NCBI GenBank assembly: GCA_050246755.1
Contig: JBFWVL010000006.1
Location: 32,001 to 96,000, forward strand
Direction: 5' to 3'
DNA length: 64,000 nt
DNA from: Bacteriovoracia bacterium
GTDB lineage: Bacteria; Bdellovibrionota; UBA1018; CAIPTA01
In this document: piece after piece, positions 7,892 through 17,907 of the stretch
How the letters are laid out: the number at the start of each line of letters is the position of its first letter
How positions within the stretch are numbered: the stretch's first letter is position 1
The notes under the pieces: generated by a model
Seen by the model: only the letters and a program-made list of their open reading frames with translations
Databases searched by the model: none
What the model was told of the DNA's origin: nothing
Translations under genes and position numbers: made by a program

Positions 7892-8043
7892 TCTGCCGAA
7901 GCACGAAATCCGCCATCAGAAATTTCTGGATCTGGCTCTGCCGCCAATGGGCCAAAGCCGAGGAAGTTCAGCAGCGAATTGATGCTGAACGCCTCAAGGC
8001 CCAAGAGCGTTACGGCTCCGATTTTCCGTCTCGCTGGATCTAA
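7888..8043 (+). CDS. 51-aa hypothetical protein (not in ORF track)
   Basis: GGGAG RBS, GTG overlapping the upstream TGA; reads MICRSTKSAIRNFWIWLCRQWAKAEEVQQRIDAERLKAQERYGSDFPSRWI. Confidence 0.55.
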   Translation: MICRSTKSAIRNFWIWLCRQWAKAEEVQQRIDAERLKAQERYGSDFPSRWI

Positions 8044-8077
8044 GGAGTCCAAACACAAACGAACGAATGGGGGTTCA

Positions 8078-8314
8078 ATGAAAAATTCCGAAACGACTTT
8101 GCGAAAGAACGACTGCGGGCGCTGGGAGGTCGGCACCCACGAGCTGACTTCGGGAAGTGTCCTTGAAATTCAGATTGACGGCCACTGGATCAGCGGCGTC
8201 ATCGAACACTGGCACGACAACTATTACTGGTTCAGCCGCCGCGACGGTGTTCCCGTCGTGCTTCACTCCGGCATTTATGCTCGTCTCCCAGACTCGAACG
8301 AAAGGAGGTTCTGA
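8078..8314 (+). CDS. DUF5348-like small protein
   Basis: ELTSGSVLEIQIDGHWISGVIEH...YYW resembles DUF5348; start at ATG 8078 after GGGGG. Confidence 0.6.
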   Translation: MKNSETTLRKNDCGRWEVGTHELTSGSVLEIQIDGHWISGVIEHWHDNYYWFSRRDGVPVVLHSGIYARLPDSNERRF

Positions 8315-8376
8315 AAACGTAGTTGAGAATCAATGAGGGGCTTTGAGGGTTCATTGTTTCAAATACGGAGTTAAAT

Positions 8377-8730
8377 TTGTCAGAAAATAAAATCGAACAA
8401 AAGCAGAAATCGGAAAGGCTGAATCTCTACTGGCTGTGCGGCCAGACGGGACGAAAGCATCCCGCCGGGGTCGCATTCTTCAACGAAGAACAAGGCGACT
8501 ATCGGCTGAAGATCGACGTGATGCCCGACGATAAGACGTTTTTCCTGAAAACGATCTCGTCGAGCGATGACGTGACTTACTACCGCGTGGAGGCGGCCGT
8601 GAAAAAGGCCGGGCGCGTGGTCCACAGGGCGGAAGTCGGTTCCGGCTACGCCAAGAAGGAAGATCCCACCATCTACATGGACATCGGCCCGTTCTCGCGG
8701 ACCCTTGTTCTTGAGCAACAACAGGCTTGA
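8377..8730 (+). CDS. Hypothetical protein, possible tandem DUF736-like ssDNA-binding fold
   Basis: GGAG-N6-TTG start; two similar units PAGVAFF..YRLKID and EVGSGYA..IYMDIG. Confidence 0.55.
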   Translation: MSENKIEQKQKSERLNLYWLCGQTGRKHPAGVAFFNEEQGDYRLKIDVMPDDKTFFLKTISSSDDVTYYRVEAAVKKAGRVVHRAEVGSGYAKKEDPTIYMDIGPFSRTLVLEQQQA

Positions 8731-9032
8731 AGCAGGATCGTTTTCTGATGGTTCTCTTCGCGGGCTTTGCCGTTCTTATGGTGCTTTGCCCGGAACTCGC
8801 GCTCGCGCAGTTCTCGGGTGGTGCCCTGGAAAGCAAAGTCAACGGAGTGACGAGCGGGCTTATCAACTTTCTCTTGCCCGCCGCGAGCGTGATCGGACTG
8901 ATTTACAGTGCGATCCTCGCCGCGACCGGCGACGCCTCGGCGAAAGCCAGGATGACCACCATCGCAATCTGTAGCGTGGTGGGAATGCTGGCTCCTCTCA
9001 TCATTCGCTGGCTGCAAGGGATGGTGAACTGA
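8727..9032 (+). CDS. VirB2/TrbC-like pilin
   Basis: Signal ending PELALAQ, then two hydrophobic helices; first gene of the T4SS cluster. Confidence 0.75.
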   Translation: MKQDRFLMVLFAGFAVLMVLCPELALAQFSGGALESKVNGVTSGLINFLLPAASVIGLIYSAILAATGDASAKARMTTIAICSVVGMLAPLIIRWLQGMVN

Positions 9033-9316
9033 TGCTCAAGGCATCGACGGTTCACCGAAATCTGGATGCGAAGTTTAAGATCGGCGGCGTCGAAGCCGCC
9101 GATCTGTTGGCCGTTCTACTCACGGGTGCCGTGATGAATCTGATCTTTGGGCGGCTGTCCATTGGCCCCATTTTCATCTTCGGCATTCCGGGTCTTCTTT
9201 TCTGCGCTCTCTACTTTGGGAAGCGCGGAAAACCGGAGGGCTATCTTATGCACGCACTCAAGTTTTTTATTTCATCCGGCGAACTCAGAGCCGGTGAAAT
9301 CGAGGATTCCGTCTGA
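9032..9316 (+). CDS. VirB3/TraL-like membrane protein
   Basis: 94 aa with two TM helices, between pilin and VirB4; KRGKPEGYL tail. Confidence 0.7.
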   Translation: MLKASTVHRNLDAKFKIGGVEAADLLAVLLTGAVMNLIFGRLSIGPIFIFGIPGLLFCALYFGKRGKPEGYLMHALKFFISSGELRAGEIEDSV

Positions 9317-11742
9317 AGAAATCTCCCATTGCGGGGAAAGTGCCGTTCTTCCGGTTCGACGATCATCTGATGGTCTATCAAGACGGCTCGATGGGCGTCG
9401 GTTTCAGGCTCGGCGGATTCGATAGCAGTTGCGCCTCGGTGGACTCGATCAATGCGTTTTGCCAGAAGATCGAAAACTTTCTCGCCGGGCTCTCCGAGGG
9501 CCTGCGAATCCAGGTTTTCTACCGGCTGACGAACAACGCCTATGACGTGGTGGAGCAACACCGGGCGGTTTCGAGTGACAGTGCGCTTATCTATCAACCG
9601 ATCCGCAGCGCCCGCATCGCGTTTTTTGAAGAGAAGCTGGAATCTGGCCGGTTTTTTATGCCGGAAATCTATCTTTTCGTGCGCAGCCAGCCGCTTCAGC
9701 TCAAAAGGCGCAAGTTTTTCGAGAAGAAAGAGCGGTTTGAAGGGTTCCCGCCGGAGCAGTTTCGCGCCCATCAGGAACGGTTTGCCATTCTCGTCTCGCA
9801 GGTGGAGGCGGCGCTGCGCTCGGCGGCGATTGCGCCCAGCCGTCTGTTAAAGACGGATTGGTTCAATCTCTGCTTCTCGTACTTCAACATGGAGCGGGCC
9901 GAGATCATCGGTTGCCCCAGCTTGAGGGAGCCGACGGACGCGCTCGCTCCGAGCCTTGGTGCGCAACTGGCGCTCACGGACATTTCGGTTTCCGAGAAGC
10001 ACCTGAAGATTGGTGGGCTGTTCTTCCGCGTCGTCACGATGGGGATTTTACCGGAGGGCCAGACGGTCGCCTCCATGATCGAAAGCCTGATGAAACTGCC
10101 ATTCCACTTCTGGATGTCGCAGAACATTCACACGCTGGAACAGCGCAAAGAGATCGAAAAGCTCGAACTCATGCGCCGGATCGCAAGCTCGATGGCCTCG
10201 GGAAGCAAGAACGTCTCCGACATCGAAAGCGAATCGAAGCTGTCGAACCTCGAAGACCTGCTCCGCGAGGTCATGACCGGATCGGAGCGGCTGGTGTCTT
10301 CCGACCTGAACGTGATCTTTTGGGCGGAATCCCAAGAGGAGCTGGAGCAAAAGACGGAAGAAATCTTGCGGGCGTTCCGCGCCACCGGCCAGGCCGAAGG
10401 TCTGGTCGAGACGTTCGGCCTGGAGGACGCCTTTTTTAAGGCCGCGCCCAGCGTGTGCGAAGGGTTCCGCCATAAGCGCATGAAGACGAGCAATTGCGCT
10501 CATCTGATGCCCTTATACGCGGCCTGGATGGGCAATAAGCGGCCGGTGGTGCTGCTCACGAACCGCGAGGGAGCGCCCTTTGCCATCGACCCGTTCGCAC
10601 CGGAATTACCCAACTGGAACGGTCTGATTTTCGGCGGTAGCGGCTCAGGGAAGTCTTACTCGATTTCCCAGATGATGCTCCAGTTTTCCGGCCAGAAGTA
10701 TGGCGGCAAGCCGCCGAAGATCGTGTGGATCGACAACGGGGCCTCCAGCGAAAAGCTGATCGAGGTCATGGACGGCGAGTTCATCGACCTGAACCTCAAT
10801 TCGGGCATCCGCCTGAATGTGTTCGACCTTGAGGCCGGAGAAGCGAAGCCCACCGCCACCAAGATCAAACTGATCCTGGGGTGCCTTGAGCTGATCCTGA
10901 AGGACGACGACAAGGTGGGGCTCCCGAAGCGGGACAAGGGCCTGCTCGAAGAGGCCATTTTTTCCTGCTACCGCAAAACCGGTGAGCGCATTCCGCAGCT
11001 CTCCGATCTGAGGGAGATCCTGCGCGAGCATCCGGTGACGGATATGCGCAAATACGCCGACATCCTGTTCTCGTGGACTGGAGAAACGGCGTTCGGTCGG
11101 ATGCTCGATGGCCCCAGCAACGTGAAGCTCACCAAGGACTTGGTGTCCATCGAGATCAAGGGGCTGGAGAACTACCGGGATCTGAAGGACATCTTTCTGC
11201 TGCTGCTCACTTCGTACATCAAGGACGAAGCGGCCAGCGACTTGGCCCGCCCTTATCTGCTGATCGTGGATGAAGCACAACGGCTGTTCAAGTCGGGCTC
11301 TCCGATGGGAAGGGAGTTCGCCATAGATTCCTTTCGCGTTTTTCGTAAGTACAACGCCGGAATCTGGTGCATCTCGCAGAACTATAAAGATTTTTTGTCG
11401 GACCCGGATCTGGCAGATTCTCTCATGCCTAACACCACGTTCGTTTTCATCCTGCGGCAGCGGAAGATCGACTGGAACGACTTCAAGGAAACCTTCGACT
11501 TCGACGAAGCGGTTGTGGAGGCGGCGAAAAGTCTGGAGATCGTCAAGCGCAAGTTCTCCGAGTTTTTGCTGATCCAGGACGAAAATATCGCAGTTTTGCG
11601 TCTGGAATCTGACCCACTCAGTTACCGCATCTGTACCACCGACGGAAACGAAAAATCGGAGGAGAAGGCTCTTCGGGAAAGATATCCCGACCGCCCTCTC
11701 GTGGAAATTTTAAGTGAGCTTGCTCAAGGAGATTCGCATTAA
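9313..11742 (+). CDS. virB4: VirB4/TraC-like conjugation ATPase
   Basis: GGSGSGKS Walker A, LLIVDEAQ Walker B, RKYNAGIWCISQ. Start may be CTG 9313 (GAGGA-N6) or GTG 9340. Confidence 0.9.
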   Translation: MKKSPIAGKVPFFRFDDHLMVYQDGSMGVGFRLGGFDSSCASVDSINAFCQKIENFLAGLSEGLRIQVFYRLTNNAYDVVEQHRAVSSDSALIYQPIRSARIAFFEEKLESGRFFMPEIYLFVRSQPLQLKRRKFFEKKERFEGFPPEQFRAHQERFAILVSQVEAALRSAAIAPSRLLKTDWFNLCFSYFNMERAEIIGCPSLREPTDALAPSLGAQLALTDISVSEKHLKIGGLFFRVVTMGILPEGQTVASMIESLMKLPFHFWMSQNIHTLEQRKEIEKLELMRRIASSMASGSKNVSDIESESKLSNLEDLLREVMTGSERLVSSDLNVIFWAESQEELEQKTEEILRAFRATGQAEGLVETFGLEDAFFKAAPSVCEGFRHKRMKTSNCAHLMPLYAAWMGNKRPVVLLTNREGAPFAIDPFAPELPNWNGLIFGGSGSGKSYSISQMMLQFSGQKYGGKPPKIVWIDNGASSEKLIEVMDGEFIDLNLNSGIRLNVFDLEAGEAKPTATKIKLILGCLELILKDDDKVGLPKRDKGLLEEAIFSCYRKTGERIPQLSDLREILREHPVTDMRKYADILFSWTGETAFGRMLDGPSNVKLTKDLVSIEIKGLENYRDLKDIFLLLLTSYIKDEAASDLARPYLLIVDEAQRLFKSGSPMGREFAIDSFRVFRKYNAGIWCISQNYKDFLSDPDLADSLMPNTTFVFILRQRKIDWNDFKETFDFDEAVVEAAKSLEIVKRKFSEFLLIQDENIAVLRLESDPLSYRICTTDGNEKSEEKALRERYPDRPLVEILSELAQGDSH

Positions 11743-12439
11743 ACGAACGAAGACTTGCCTGGTGGCGGCCCTCATTATGGCCTGCGCGTTGCGCCCAGCG
11801 CCCGCGCTGGCGTTCACCGATGGTTCGGGATGGGCTGCGGTTGGATACCTCATTAAAATTCTGGAGGAAAACTACCGGCGGTATGTGCAGCTCAAGGCCA
11901 TGATCGACACGGCGAACGGTCACTATGACTATATCCGGGCGCTCAATCGCGGCCTGGACAATTCCATCGGTCTTTTGGAGGCGCTGCCCATCAAGGACGA
12001 GAAGGTTCTGGCGGAACTGAAGAACTTCAAGGAAGCGGTCGCCCGCGTGGAACTGCTCTATGGAAAAATTCCGCAGAGCCCGGATGAAGCCCTGCATCTC
12101 CTGCACGATCAATCGGTGGCGGAAAGCCTGCGGATGGCAAACTCCTTCAAGGATTTCTCCGACACGCAGGAGAAAAATTCGCTGTTGATCGCCGCCCAAG
12201 CGCGGGAGGCATCGCCCAAGGGCGCAGCCCGTATGCAGGCCGAGACAAGCGCGGAGATCCTGCGCACTCTCTCGCAGTTGATTCGCCTTAACACGCAGAT
12301 GCTCAAGCTCCAAAGCGAGCAGATCGCAATGGCGAATAAGTCCGCGAAAGACGAAGTGGCGGGATTTCAGAAGATCAACCAAGACCTTGGAAGCGGATTT
12401 TCCAAGTTCAAGCCGGACATGAAATTCATCGTTTTCTAA
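11738..12439 (+). CDS. VirB5/TrbJ-like secreted helical protein
   Basis: Signal peptide KRTKTCLVAALIMACALRPAPALA; coiled-coil character; position between VirB4 and VirB6. Start ATT 11738 (AAGGAG-N6) or GTG 11714. Confidence 0.65.
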   Translation: MKRTKTCLVAALIMACALRPAPALAFTDGSGWAAVGYLIKILEENYRRYVQLKAMIDTANGHYDYIRALNRGLDNSIGLLEALPIKDEKVLAELKNFKEAVARVELLYGKIPQSPDEALHLLHDQSVAESLRMANSFKDFSDTQEKNSLLIAAQAREASPKGAARMQAETSAEILRTLSQLIRLNTQMLKLQSEQIAMANKSAKDEVAGFQKINQDLGSGFSKFKPDMKFIVF

Positions 12440-13387
12440 ATGTTTGAATATCTAGGAAGCGTTGGCGCGGAACTCCACGCGCAGATGGTTCAAATGTACT
12501 GGATTCTTTTGGTTCCATTCGTCGTGTTCCTGTTCGTGTTGGAGGTCATCAAGGACGACAACCCGAATTTGCGCGATTTGTTCCGCCGGATCGTGTTTTC
12601 GGTGCTGCTGCTGCTCACCTTTGACTGGACCCTTCAGACGATTGCCGTGGTTGGCGACGCCGTGACGGAGAAAATCAACGGACTGCAACGACTCTCCGAG
12701 GTTCTTCAGAATCTCGGGCCGAACTACTCCGGCAAGGATAGCTGGTTCAATGTGCGGGAAACGATTCTCTATGTCTTCAGCGTCGCTGCCTACCTGATCG
12801 CCTATCTTGGCTTTTTCGTGGCAACGGCGTTGACCCATTTCGTCTGGACGATCTTGTATGTGGCGGCACCCTTGATGATTCTCATGTACGTCAGTCGCCA
12901 TACGGAGCGCGTGACCATGAGTCTCTACAAGGGATTGGTGCAGGTCGTGATCTGGAAAATTTTGTGGTCGATTCTCGGCGTATTGCTGCTCAAGCTCGCC
13001 ATGCAGCCGGAGGTCACGGGGCTTGAGGATTATATCATGTCCATCGTGGTGAATCTTTGCATCGGCTTCTCGATGCTGTTCATCCCGATTGCCACGAGAT
13101 CCTTGATTTCGGATGGGATGTCGTCGGTTGCAAGCTCGCTTGCGGCGGTTCCGGCGATTGCCGCCGGGGGCGCGGTCAAGATGGCGGCGGCCAAGTACGG
13201 AGGAAAAATCGCGGGTGCCGCCGCGTTCGCGGCCAAGCCCGCCACGAACCCCATCGCGGGGCGCGTGGAGATGATGAAGGACCGACTGCAACCACGATTC
13301 GAGCAGGCAAAGAAGGCTTACGGAGCCATCGGGCTCCCGCAGGAAATTCTCAAAAAAAGAGCCAGAAAAGAAAAGAGGAATAAGTGA
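12440..13387 (+). CDS. VirB6/TrbL-like polytopic membrane protein
   Basis: Multiple TM helices and an Ala/Gly-rich C-terminal tail. Confidence 0.75.
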   Translation: MFEYLGSVGAELHAQMVQMYWILLVPFVVFLFVLEVIKDDNPNLRDLFRRIVFSVLLLLTFDWTLQTIAVVGDAVTEKINGLQRLSEVLQNLGPNYSGKDSWFNVRETILYVFSVAAYLIAYLGFFVATALTHFVWTILYVAAPLMILMYVSRHTERVTMSLYKGLVQVVIWKILWSILGVLLLKLAMQPEVTGLEDYIMSIVVNLCIGFSMLFIPIATRSLISDGMSSVASSLAAVPAIAAGGAVKMAAAKYGGKIAGAAAFAAKPATNPIAGRVEMMKDRLQPRFEQAKKAYGAIGLPQEILKKRARKEKRNK

Positions 13388-13977
13388 ACGAAAAATCTAA
13401 GAACACGATCCCGAATATCTGGACCGCGCAAGAGAACCTGATCCATTTTTATCGGATTCTCTCTGCGGGTCTGGGCGGGCTCGCCGTCATTTTGCTGGTG
13501 GTGGCCGTCGCATTCGGTTTTCGAGATCCGATTGTCGTCGTGAAATCGGATGATGCGCAGGAGTTTTTTGTGAGCCGCCGAGCGCCGGTTTCCATTGAAA
13601 AGAAGGATGTCGAAAATATCACGCGGCGTTTTCTCGATGCGCTGTATGTCTGGCCGGAGTTTAACGGCCAGGCGCTCGCCAAAGAGATCGCGCCTTATGC
13701 TGAAGAAGCCTTGGTGGGAAAAATCGTCGAAACGCAGGTGCTCAAGTACGGAAAGGACTTCAAGGGCAAGAAGCTCGCTCAGGAGCTGTCCTTCGTCAAT
13801 GTGACTGTTCAGGAGGATCGCGTGGTCTGTAACTTCGACCGCATCCTGAAGATCGAAGGGATACCGCTGGTCATTCCAACCGAAGTCACGCTGTCGATGC
13901 TGCGCGGAAGTAGCACACGGGAAAATCCGATGGGCGTCTTCGTCTCTGGTATTTTAGAAAATGAAGGCGCGAAGTAA
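13384..13977 (+). CDS. VirB8/TraE-K-like bitopic protein
   Basis: Single N-terminal TM; C-terminal RENPMGVFV motif typical of the VirB8 family. Confidence 0.75.
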   Translation: MNEKSKNTIPNIWTAQENLIHFYRILSAGLGGLAVILLVVAVAFGFRDPIVVVKSDDAQEFFVSRRAPVSIEKKDVENITRRFLDALYVWPEFNGQALAKEIAPYAEEALVGKIVETQVLKYGKDFKGKKLAQELSFVNVTVQEDRVVCNFDRILKIEGIPLVIPTEVTLSMLRGSSTRENPMGVFVSGILENEGAK

Positions 13978-14713
13978 GTTGTGGGGTTTTGTCGGACTGT
14001 TGATGCTGATTTCGATTGAAGTCGGAGCAATGGTCCCGCCGGGTGACAAACGAACTATCCTCACCTCCGGGGAGAAGGTTTACCCGATCCAATATCGGCT
14101 CGGCACGAGTACGATTTTGTATTTCGGACTGCGCCCCGAGACGGTGATCTGCGGGAACAAAAACTATTTCAACATCGAGAAGATCAAGGAGGGAATCACG
14201 ATTCAACCTCTGTCGAATTTCTCCACTAACCTGACGGTTCTCGCTCAGGGTCGGCGCTATTTGTTTTTCCTGACCCCCGCGAGCGGTCGCCCCGATGGGT
14301 TCGTGGAAGTGAAATGGGTTCCACCCGGTCAGGCCAGATCCGTCAAAGCGTTGGCGAAGCATGACGGCGAAGTGACCCGAGAGCTCGGACAGAAGACCAA
14401 GATCGGCACCGCCGTTGAATTTTCCATTTTGCGCGAGAAGGCATTGGACAAAGGGAAGCGCCGGATCTTCGAGATCGAGATGAAAAACCTCGGCGGGAAA
14501 GCCATTCCCGCAAACCAGTTTGAGGTAGTGGCCTCTATCGCGGGCGTCCCTCTCGCCCGCCAGGTTGTCGTCTGGGAGGGCGACGACCTGAAGGAGAAAG
14601 GCAAGCTCCGGGGCCGCGTGATCGTCTCGGGCCACGATGGAAAGCCTCTGAGTCTCGTTGTCGGCTATCTCGGCAAGAGCACCAAGCTCATCATCAAGGG
14701 GGGCCGCAATTAA
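13961..14713 (+). CDS. VirB9/TrbG-like secreted protein
   Basis: Signal peptide; VYPIQYRLGTSTILYF and STNLTV...RRYLF motifs. Confidence 0.75.
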   Translation: MKARSKLWGFVGLLMLISIEVGAMVPPGDKRTILTSGEKVYPIQYRLGTSTILYFGLRPETVICGNKNYFNIEKIKEGITIQPLSNFSTNLTVLAQGRRYLFFLTPASGRPDGFVEVKWVPPGQARSVKALAKHDGEVTRELGQKTKIGTAVEFSILREKALDKGKRRIFEIEMKNLGGKAIPANQFEVVASIAGVPLARQVVVWEGDDLKEKGKLRGRVIVSGHDGKPLSLVVGYLGKSTKLIIKGGRN

Positions 14714-15638
14714 GTGGTGGGGAACGTGTCGGGAGTGGCTGAAGCGGATTTTTCTCCAGGCTAGCGGCGGCAAAACCATTGTCGCCCTTCAGCGCGTGGG
14801 TGTCGTGGCTGGCGGCGGGCTTTTGCTGCTCGCTGCTGGCATGGCCTGGTTCGGCCCCGCAGAGGATCGGACGTTCTATTTGCAGACGACGCAGACGCAG
14901 AATCGCGGCGAGGAAAATTCCCCAAGCAGCAGAACGGCGGTCAGCGGGCCTGTCGCGGCGCTTTTTGGCAATAGCGAGAGGAAAAAGGAATCAGAGGCGC
15001 GGGCCGCGATGGAGCAAAAACGAAAGCGCGTCGTTATCAAGTATTACGCGCCTCAACTCGTAGGCCAATCGAACAAGGTGCCGAAGGCCATTCGCTCGGG
15101 TGCCAAGCTGGTTGGCTTTCTCCTGAAAGCCATCGACACCCGTGCGCCTTCGCCGGTTCATGTACGCATCGCCCAGGGCGGCGAAGTGAATGGCGTCGAG
15201 ATCGAGAAGGGCTCGGTTTTGACCGGCCAGTATTCCTACGCCGGTTCCGGCGAGCTGGTTTTCGTGTCGTTCTCGCGGCTGGATACGCCCGAGGGCGAGC
15301 CCAAGAAAATCCAGGCGCAGGCCCTTGATAGCGGCACCTACACCGCCGGGATTTCCGGCGAGGTGTATTCCGACGCCGGGCTCAAGACGGCCGCGAGCCT
15401 CGGGCTGACCATGTTCGGCGGTATGGCCGATGTCCTGACGGAGAAGGAATCGCTCGGATTCTCGCAAAACGGTGTGCAGGCCAAATCCACCATGCGGAAT
15501 GCACTCTTGCAGGGGCTTTCCCGTTCAGCACAGGAGCAGACAGGCCGGATGCAGAACGAGATCAACTCGGCGAAGGACTATGTGCTCATTCCCGAGGGCA
15601 AGGAAATGATTATCGAACTGACTGAGGATTTCAAATAG
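14709..15638 (+). CDS. VirB10/TrbI/TraM-like protein
   Basis: N-terminal TM; IEKGSVLTG, AGISGEV and IPEGKEMIIEL motifs. Start ATT 14709 (AAGGGGGG-N5) or TTG 14658. Confidence 0.75.
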   Translation: MKWWGTCREWLKRIFLQASGGKTIVALQRVGVVAGGGLLLLAAGMAWFGPAEDRTFYLQTTQTQNRGEENSPSSRTAVSGPVAALFGNSERKKESEARAAMEQKRKRVVIKYYAPQLVGQSNKVPKAIRSGAKLVGFLLKAIDTRAPSPVHVRIAQGGEVNGVEIEKGSVLTGQYSYAGSGELVFVSFSRLDTPEGEPKKIQAQALDSGTYTAGISGEVYSDAGLKTAASLGLTMFGGMADVLTEKESLGFSQNGVQAKSTMRNALLQGLSRSAQEQTGRMQNEINSAKDYVLIPEGKEMIIELTEDFK

Positions 15639-17173
15639 AGAGCAAAAAGCATGATGGAAAATCAGACGGTTTTACGGCTTTAGGAAAAGTGATCGGCGGA
15701 ACGGCCCGCTTTTTTGGTTCGGTGATCTGGACCGGGATTCGCTACGGCGTCCATTGGAAACCGAGAGTGTTTCTCTCTTGGGGCATTTACCTTGTGTGGA
15801 TCGCCCTCGTCATCTTCGGGCCGAGGTGGAACTTGAGCGTTCTGCTTCAGCTCGCGGGCTCAATCGTAGGATGGGGCGGATTCGGCGCGTGGATGGGGGC
15901 GCACGTTCCGCGCCTGGTGCAGCTCTTTGTGTTTTTCGTTCTGCCCCTGTGCGGCTGGCTGTTCGCGCACGGAATCCGAACGTGGATCGGCTTGAAAAAG
16001 TATCAGCGGGCCATCGACCACTTGGGGCTGAAGACGCCCACGGGGGTCACGCCGAAAGTCGCTCGGGTCGTCGAACTTGAGAACAAGCAGCGCCGGGTTC
16101 TCGTTCACGCCGTTGGGCTCGATGTGGCTCAGTTTCGGGATAAGAAAGGCGTTTTGGAATCGAGCTTCAACGCCATCGTGCAGGAAGTTCGCGTGACACC
16201 AGCAAATCGCCAGATGGTCGAGATCCTGGTTTCCGACCGGGAGCTGCCGACGCTCGTGCGCTTCGACTCTCACGCGGAAGCCTTACGCAAGCCCTACACG
16301 TTCCTCGTGGGCGAAACGGTGGATGGTTTTATCACCGCCGATCTGTGTGAGATCCACCACCTACTGATCGGGGGCGCGACAGGAGGAGGAAAAAGCGTGT
16401 TCTTCAAGCAGGCGTTGGTTGGAATCCTGAAAAGCTCCGACCACGTTCAGCTCTATCTTTTGGACCTGAAACGCGGAGTTGAGTTTCGGGTTTTCGGCAC
16501 ACTCAAGAACGTGCGGGTTTCCAAGGACGAGGCCACGGCGATTTCCATGCTCCAGCGGGTTGTTGAGGAAATGGAGCGCCGGTTCCGCATTCTGGAGGAA
16601 AAGGGATTCACCGAGATCGTGCCGGAAAGGGATGGGTTGGATCGAATCGTGGTCGCGGTGGACGAGGCTTCCGTGCTGTTCACCGTCGGCAAGATGTCAA
16701 AGGAAAGCAAGGCCGCTGCCATAGGTGCCCGCGAGCTGACGGACAAGATCGCCAAGCTCGGCCGCGCCGCTGGCATTCACTTGATCCTGGCGACGCAAAA
16801 GGTTGTGAAGGAAACCATCGACACCCGTGTTCAGACGAACATCAACGCGAAAATGTGTTTTCGCGTGAACACCATCGCAAGCTCAATGACCGTGCTGGGT
16901 AATAAGAAGGCCGCAGACCTCCCCGACATCAAAGGGCGCGGCATTTGGTCCGTTGGAAGCAACGATCTGGTCGTTCAGGTTCCATATCTGGACGGCGACG
17001 AGATCAACGAGGAAGTCTTGGGCCTGGCTGCCAAGTTCAACGGTGAAGCATCGCCGCTGAAGCAAAAAATGCTTCAAACGATGGCGCCGAAGAAGAAGCG
17101 GTCCAAGAGCAACACCATGAGCCAGGAGGAGATCGAACAATTCGAGGCCGAGGAGAATCAGGATGTCGATTGA
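15635..17173 (+). CDS. FtsK/SpoIIIE-type (TcpA-like) coupling ATPase
   Basis: N-terminal TMs; HLLIGGATGGGKS, LDLKRGVEF, VAVDEA, LGRAAGIHLILATQ. Start ATA 15635 (GAGGA-N6) or GTG 15689. Confidence 0.9.
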   Translation: MESKKHDGKSDGFTALGKVIGGTARFFGSVIWTGIRYGVHWKPRVFLSWGIYLVWIALVIFGPRWNLSVLLQLAGSIVGWGGFGAWMGAHVPRLVQLFVFFVLPLCGWLFAHGIRTWIGLKKYQRAIDHLGLKTPTGVTPKVARVVELENKQRRVLVHAVGLDVAQFRDKKGVLESSFNAIVQEVRVTPANRQMVEILVSDRELPTLVRFDSHAEALRKPYTFLVGETVDGFITADLCEIHHLLIGGATGGGKSVFFKQALVGILKSSDHVQLYLLDLKRGVEFRVFGTLKNVRVSKDEATAISMLQRVVEEMERRFRILEEKGFTEIVPERDGLDRIVVAVDEASVLFTVGKMSKESKAAAIGARELTDKIAKLGRAAGIHLILATQKVVKETIDTRVQTNINAKMCFRVNTIASSMTVLGNKKAADLPDIKGRGIWSVGSNDLVVQVPYLDGDEINEEVLGLAAKFNGEASPLKQKMLQTMAPKKKRSKSNTMSQEEIEQFEAEENQDVD

Positions 17174-17903
17174 TATTCAGCCACGGGACCGGCGGATCAT
17201 GCGCCATGTGTTCGTTCATCGTGTTGCGACTTACGATCAGATTCGCAGGAAGTTTTTCACTAAGAACTTTGAAACGGTGGCGAGAAATCGCATTCGTAAG
17301 CTGGTTAAGCACGGATATTTCCGCTCGTTCGGCGCGGAACATGGTGGCGTCCTGATCCGCGCCTTGAGCCTTACGGAAAAATCGTGGCCGCTCATTTCGG
17401 AAGGATGGGGCTTTGACGTGGATAATCCGCACTTCCGCAGTGAATCCATCGAGCATGATTTTCGCTTGGCCGAGGTGGTCTTGAAGTTTGAAAGGCTCCA
17501 GTCCTTTGTGCGGTTCCTGTCGGAGAACCTTCTACAATCCTCATCGGCACTCGCGGCGGACCCGATTTTTCGGGATGCGGTCAACCTGCAAGCGGACGGC
17601 GTTCTCGCGCTCAAAGAAAAGGATGGCAGCTCTATTCTGTACGCGGTGGAGTATGAGATCAGCAAGAAAGCGCCGGATCGCTATATCCGAAAGCTCGAAG
17701 GCTACTATCAGGCCGGCGGCATTGATGGCGTTTTGTACGTCTGCGGGAATCAGGAGATCGCCGCCGCCGTTGCGCAGGCGGATCGTAAGATTCGCACGGG
17801 ACACGAATCCATCGTGTTCCTCGCCGGGGAATCCAGTGTTCTCAAGTCGGAAGGCAAGATCATCTTCAAGGGAGTCAGTGGTGGCGGCATAGGGCTTATT
17901 TGA
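17163..17903 (+). CDS. Replication-relaxation (Replic_Relax/MOBC-like) relaxase
   Basis: N-terminal wHTH (QPRDRRIM...RIRKLVKHGY); IEHD; QADG...AVEYEISKK (D..ExE) and RYIRKLEGY. Confidence 0.8.
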   Translation: MSIDIQPRDRRIMRHVFVHRVATYDQIRRKFFTKNFETVARNRIRKLVKHGYFRSFGAEHGGVLIRALSLTEKSWPLISEGWGFDVDNPHFRSESIEHDFRLAEVVLKFERLQSFVRFLSENLLQSSSALAADPIFRDAVNLQADGVLALKEKDGSSILYAVEYEISKKAPDRYIRKLEGYYQAGGIDGVLYVCGNQEIAAAVAQADRKIRTGHESIVFLAGESSVLKSEGKIIFKGVSGGGIGLI

Positions 17904-17907
17904 GGGG

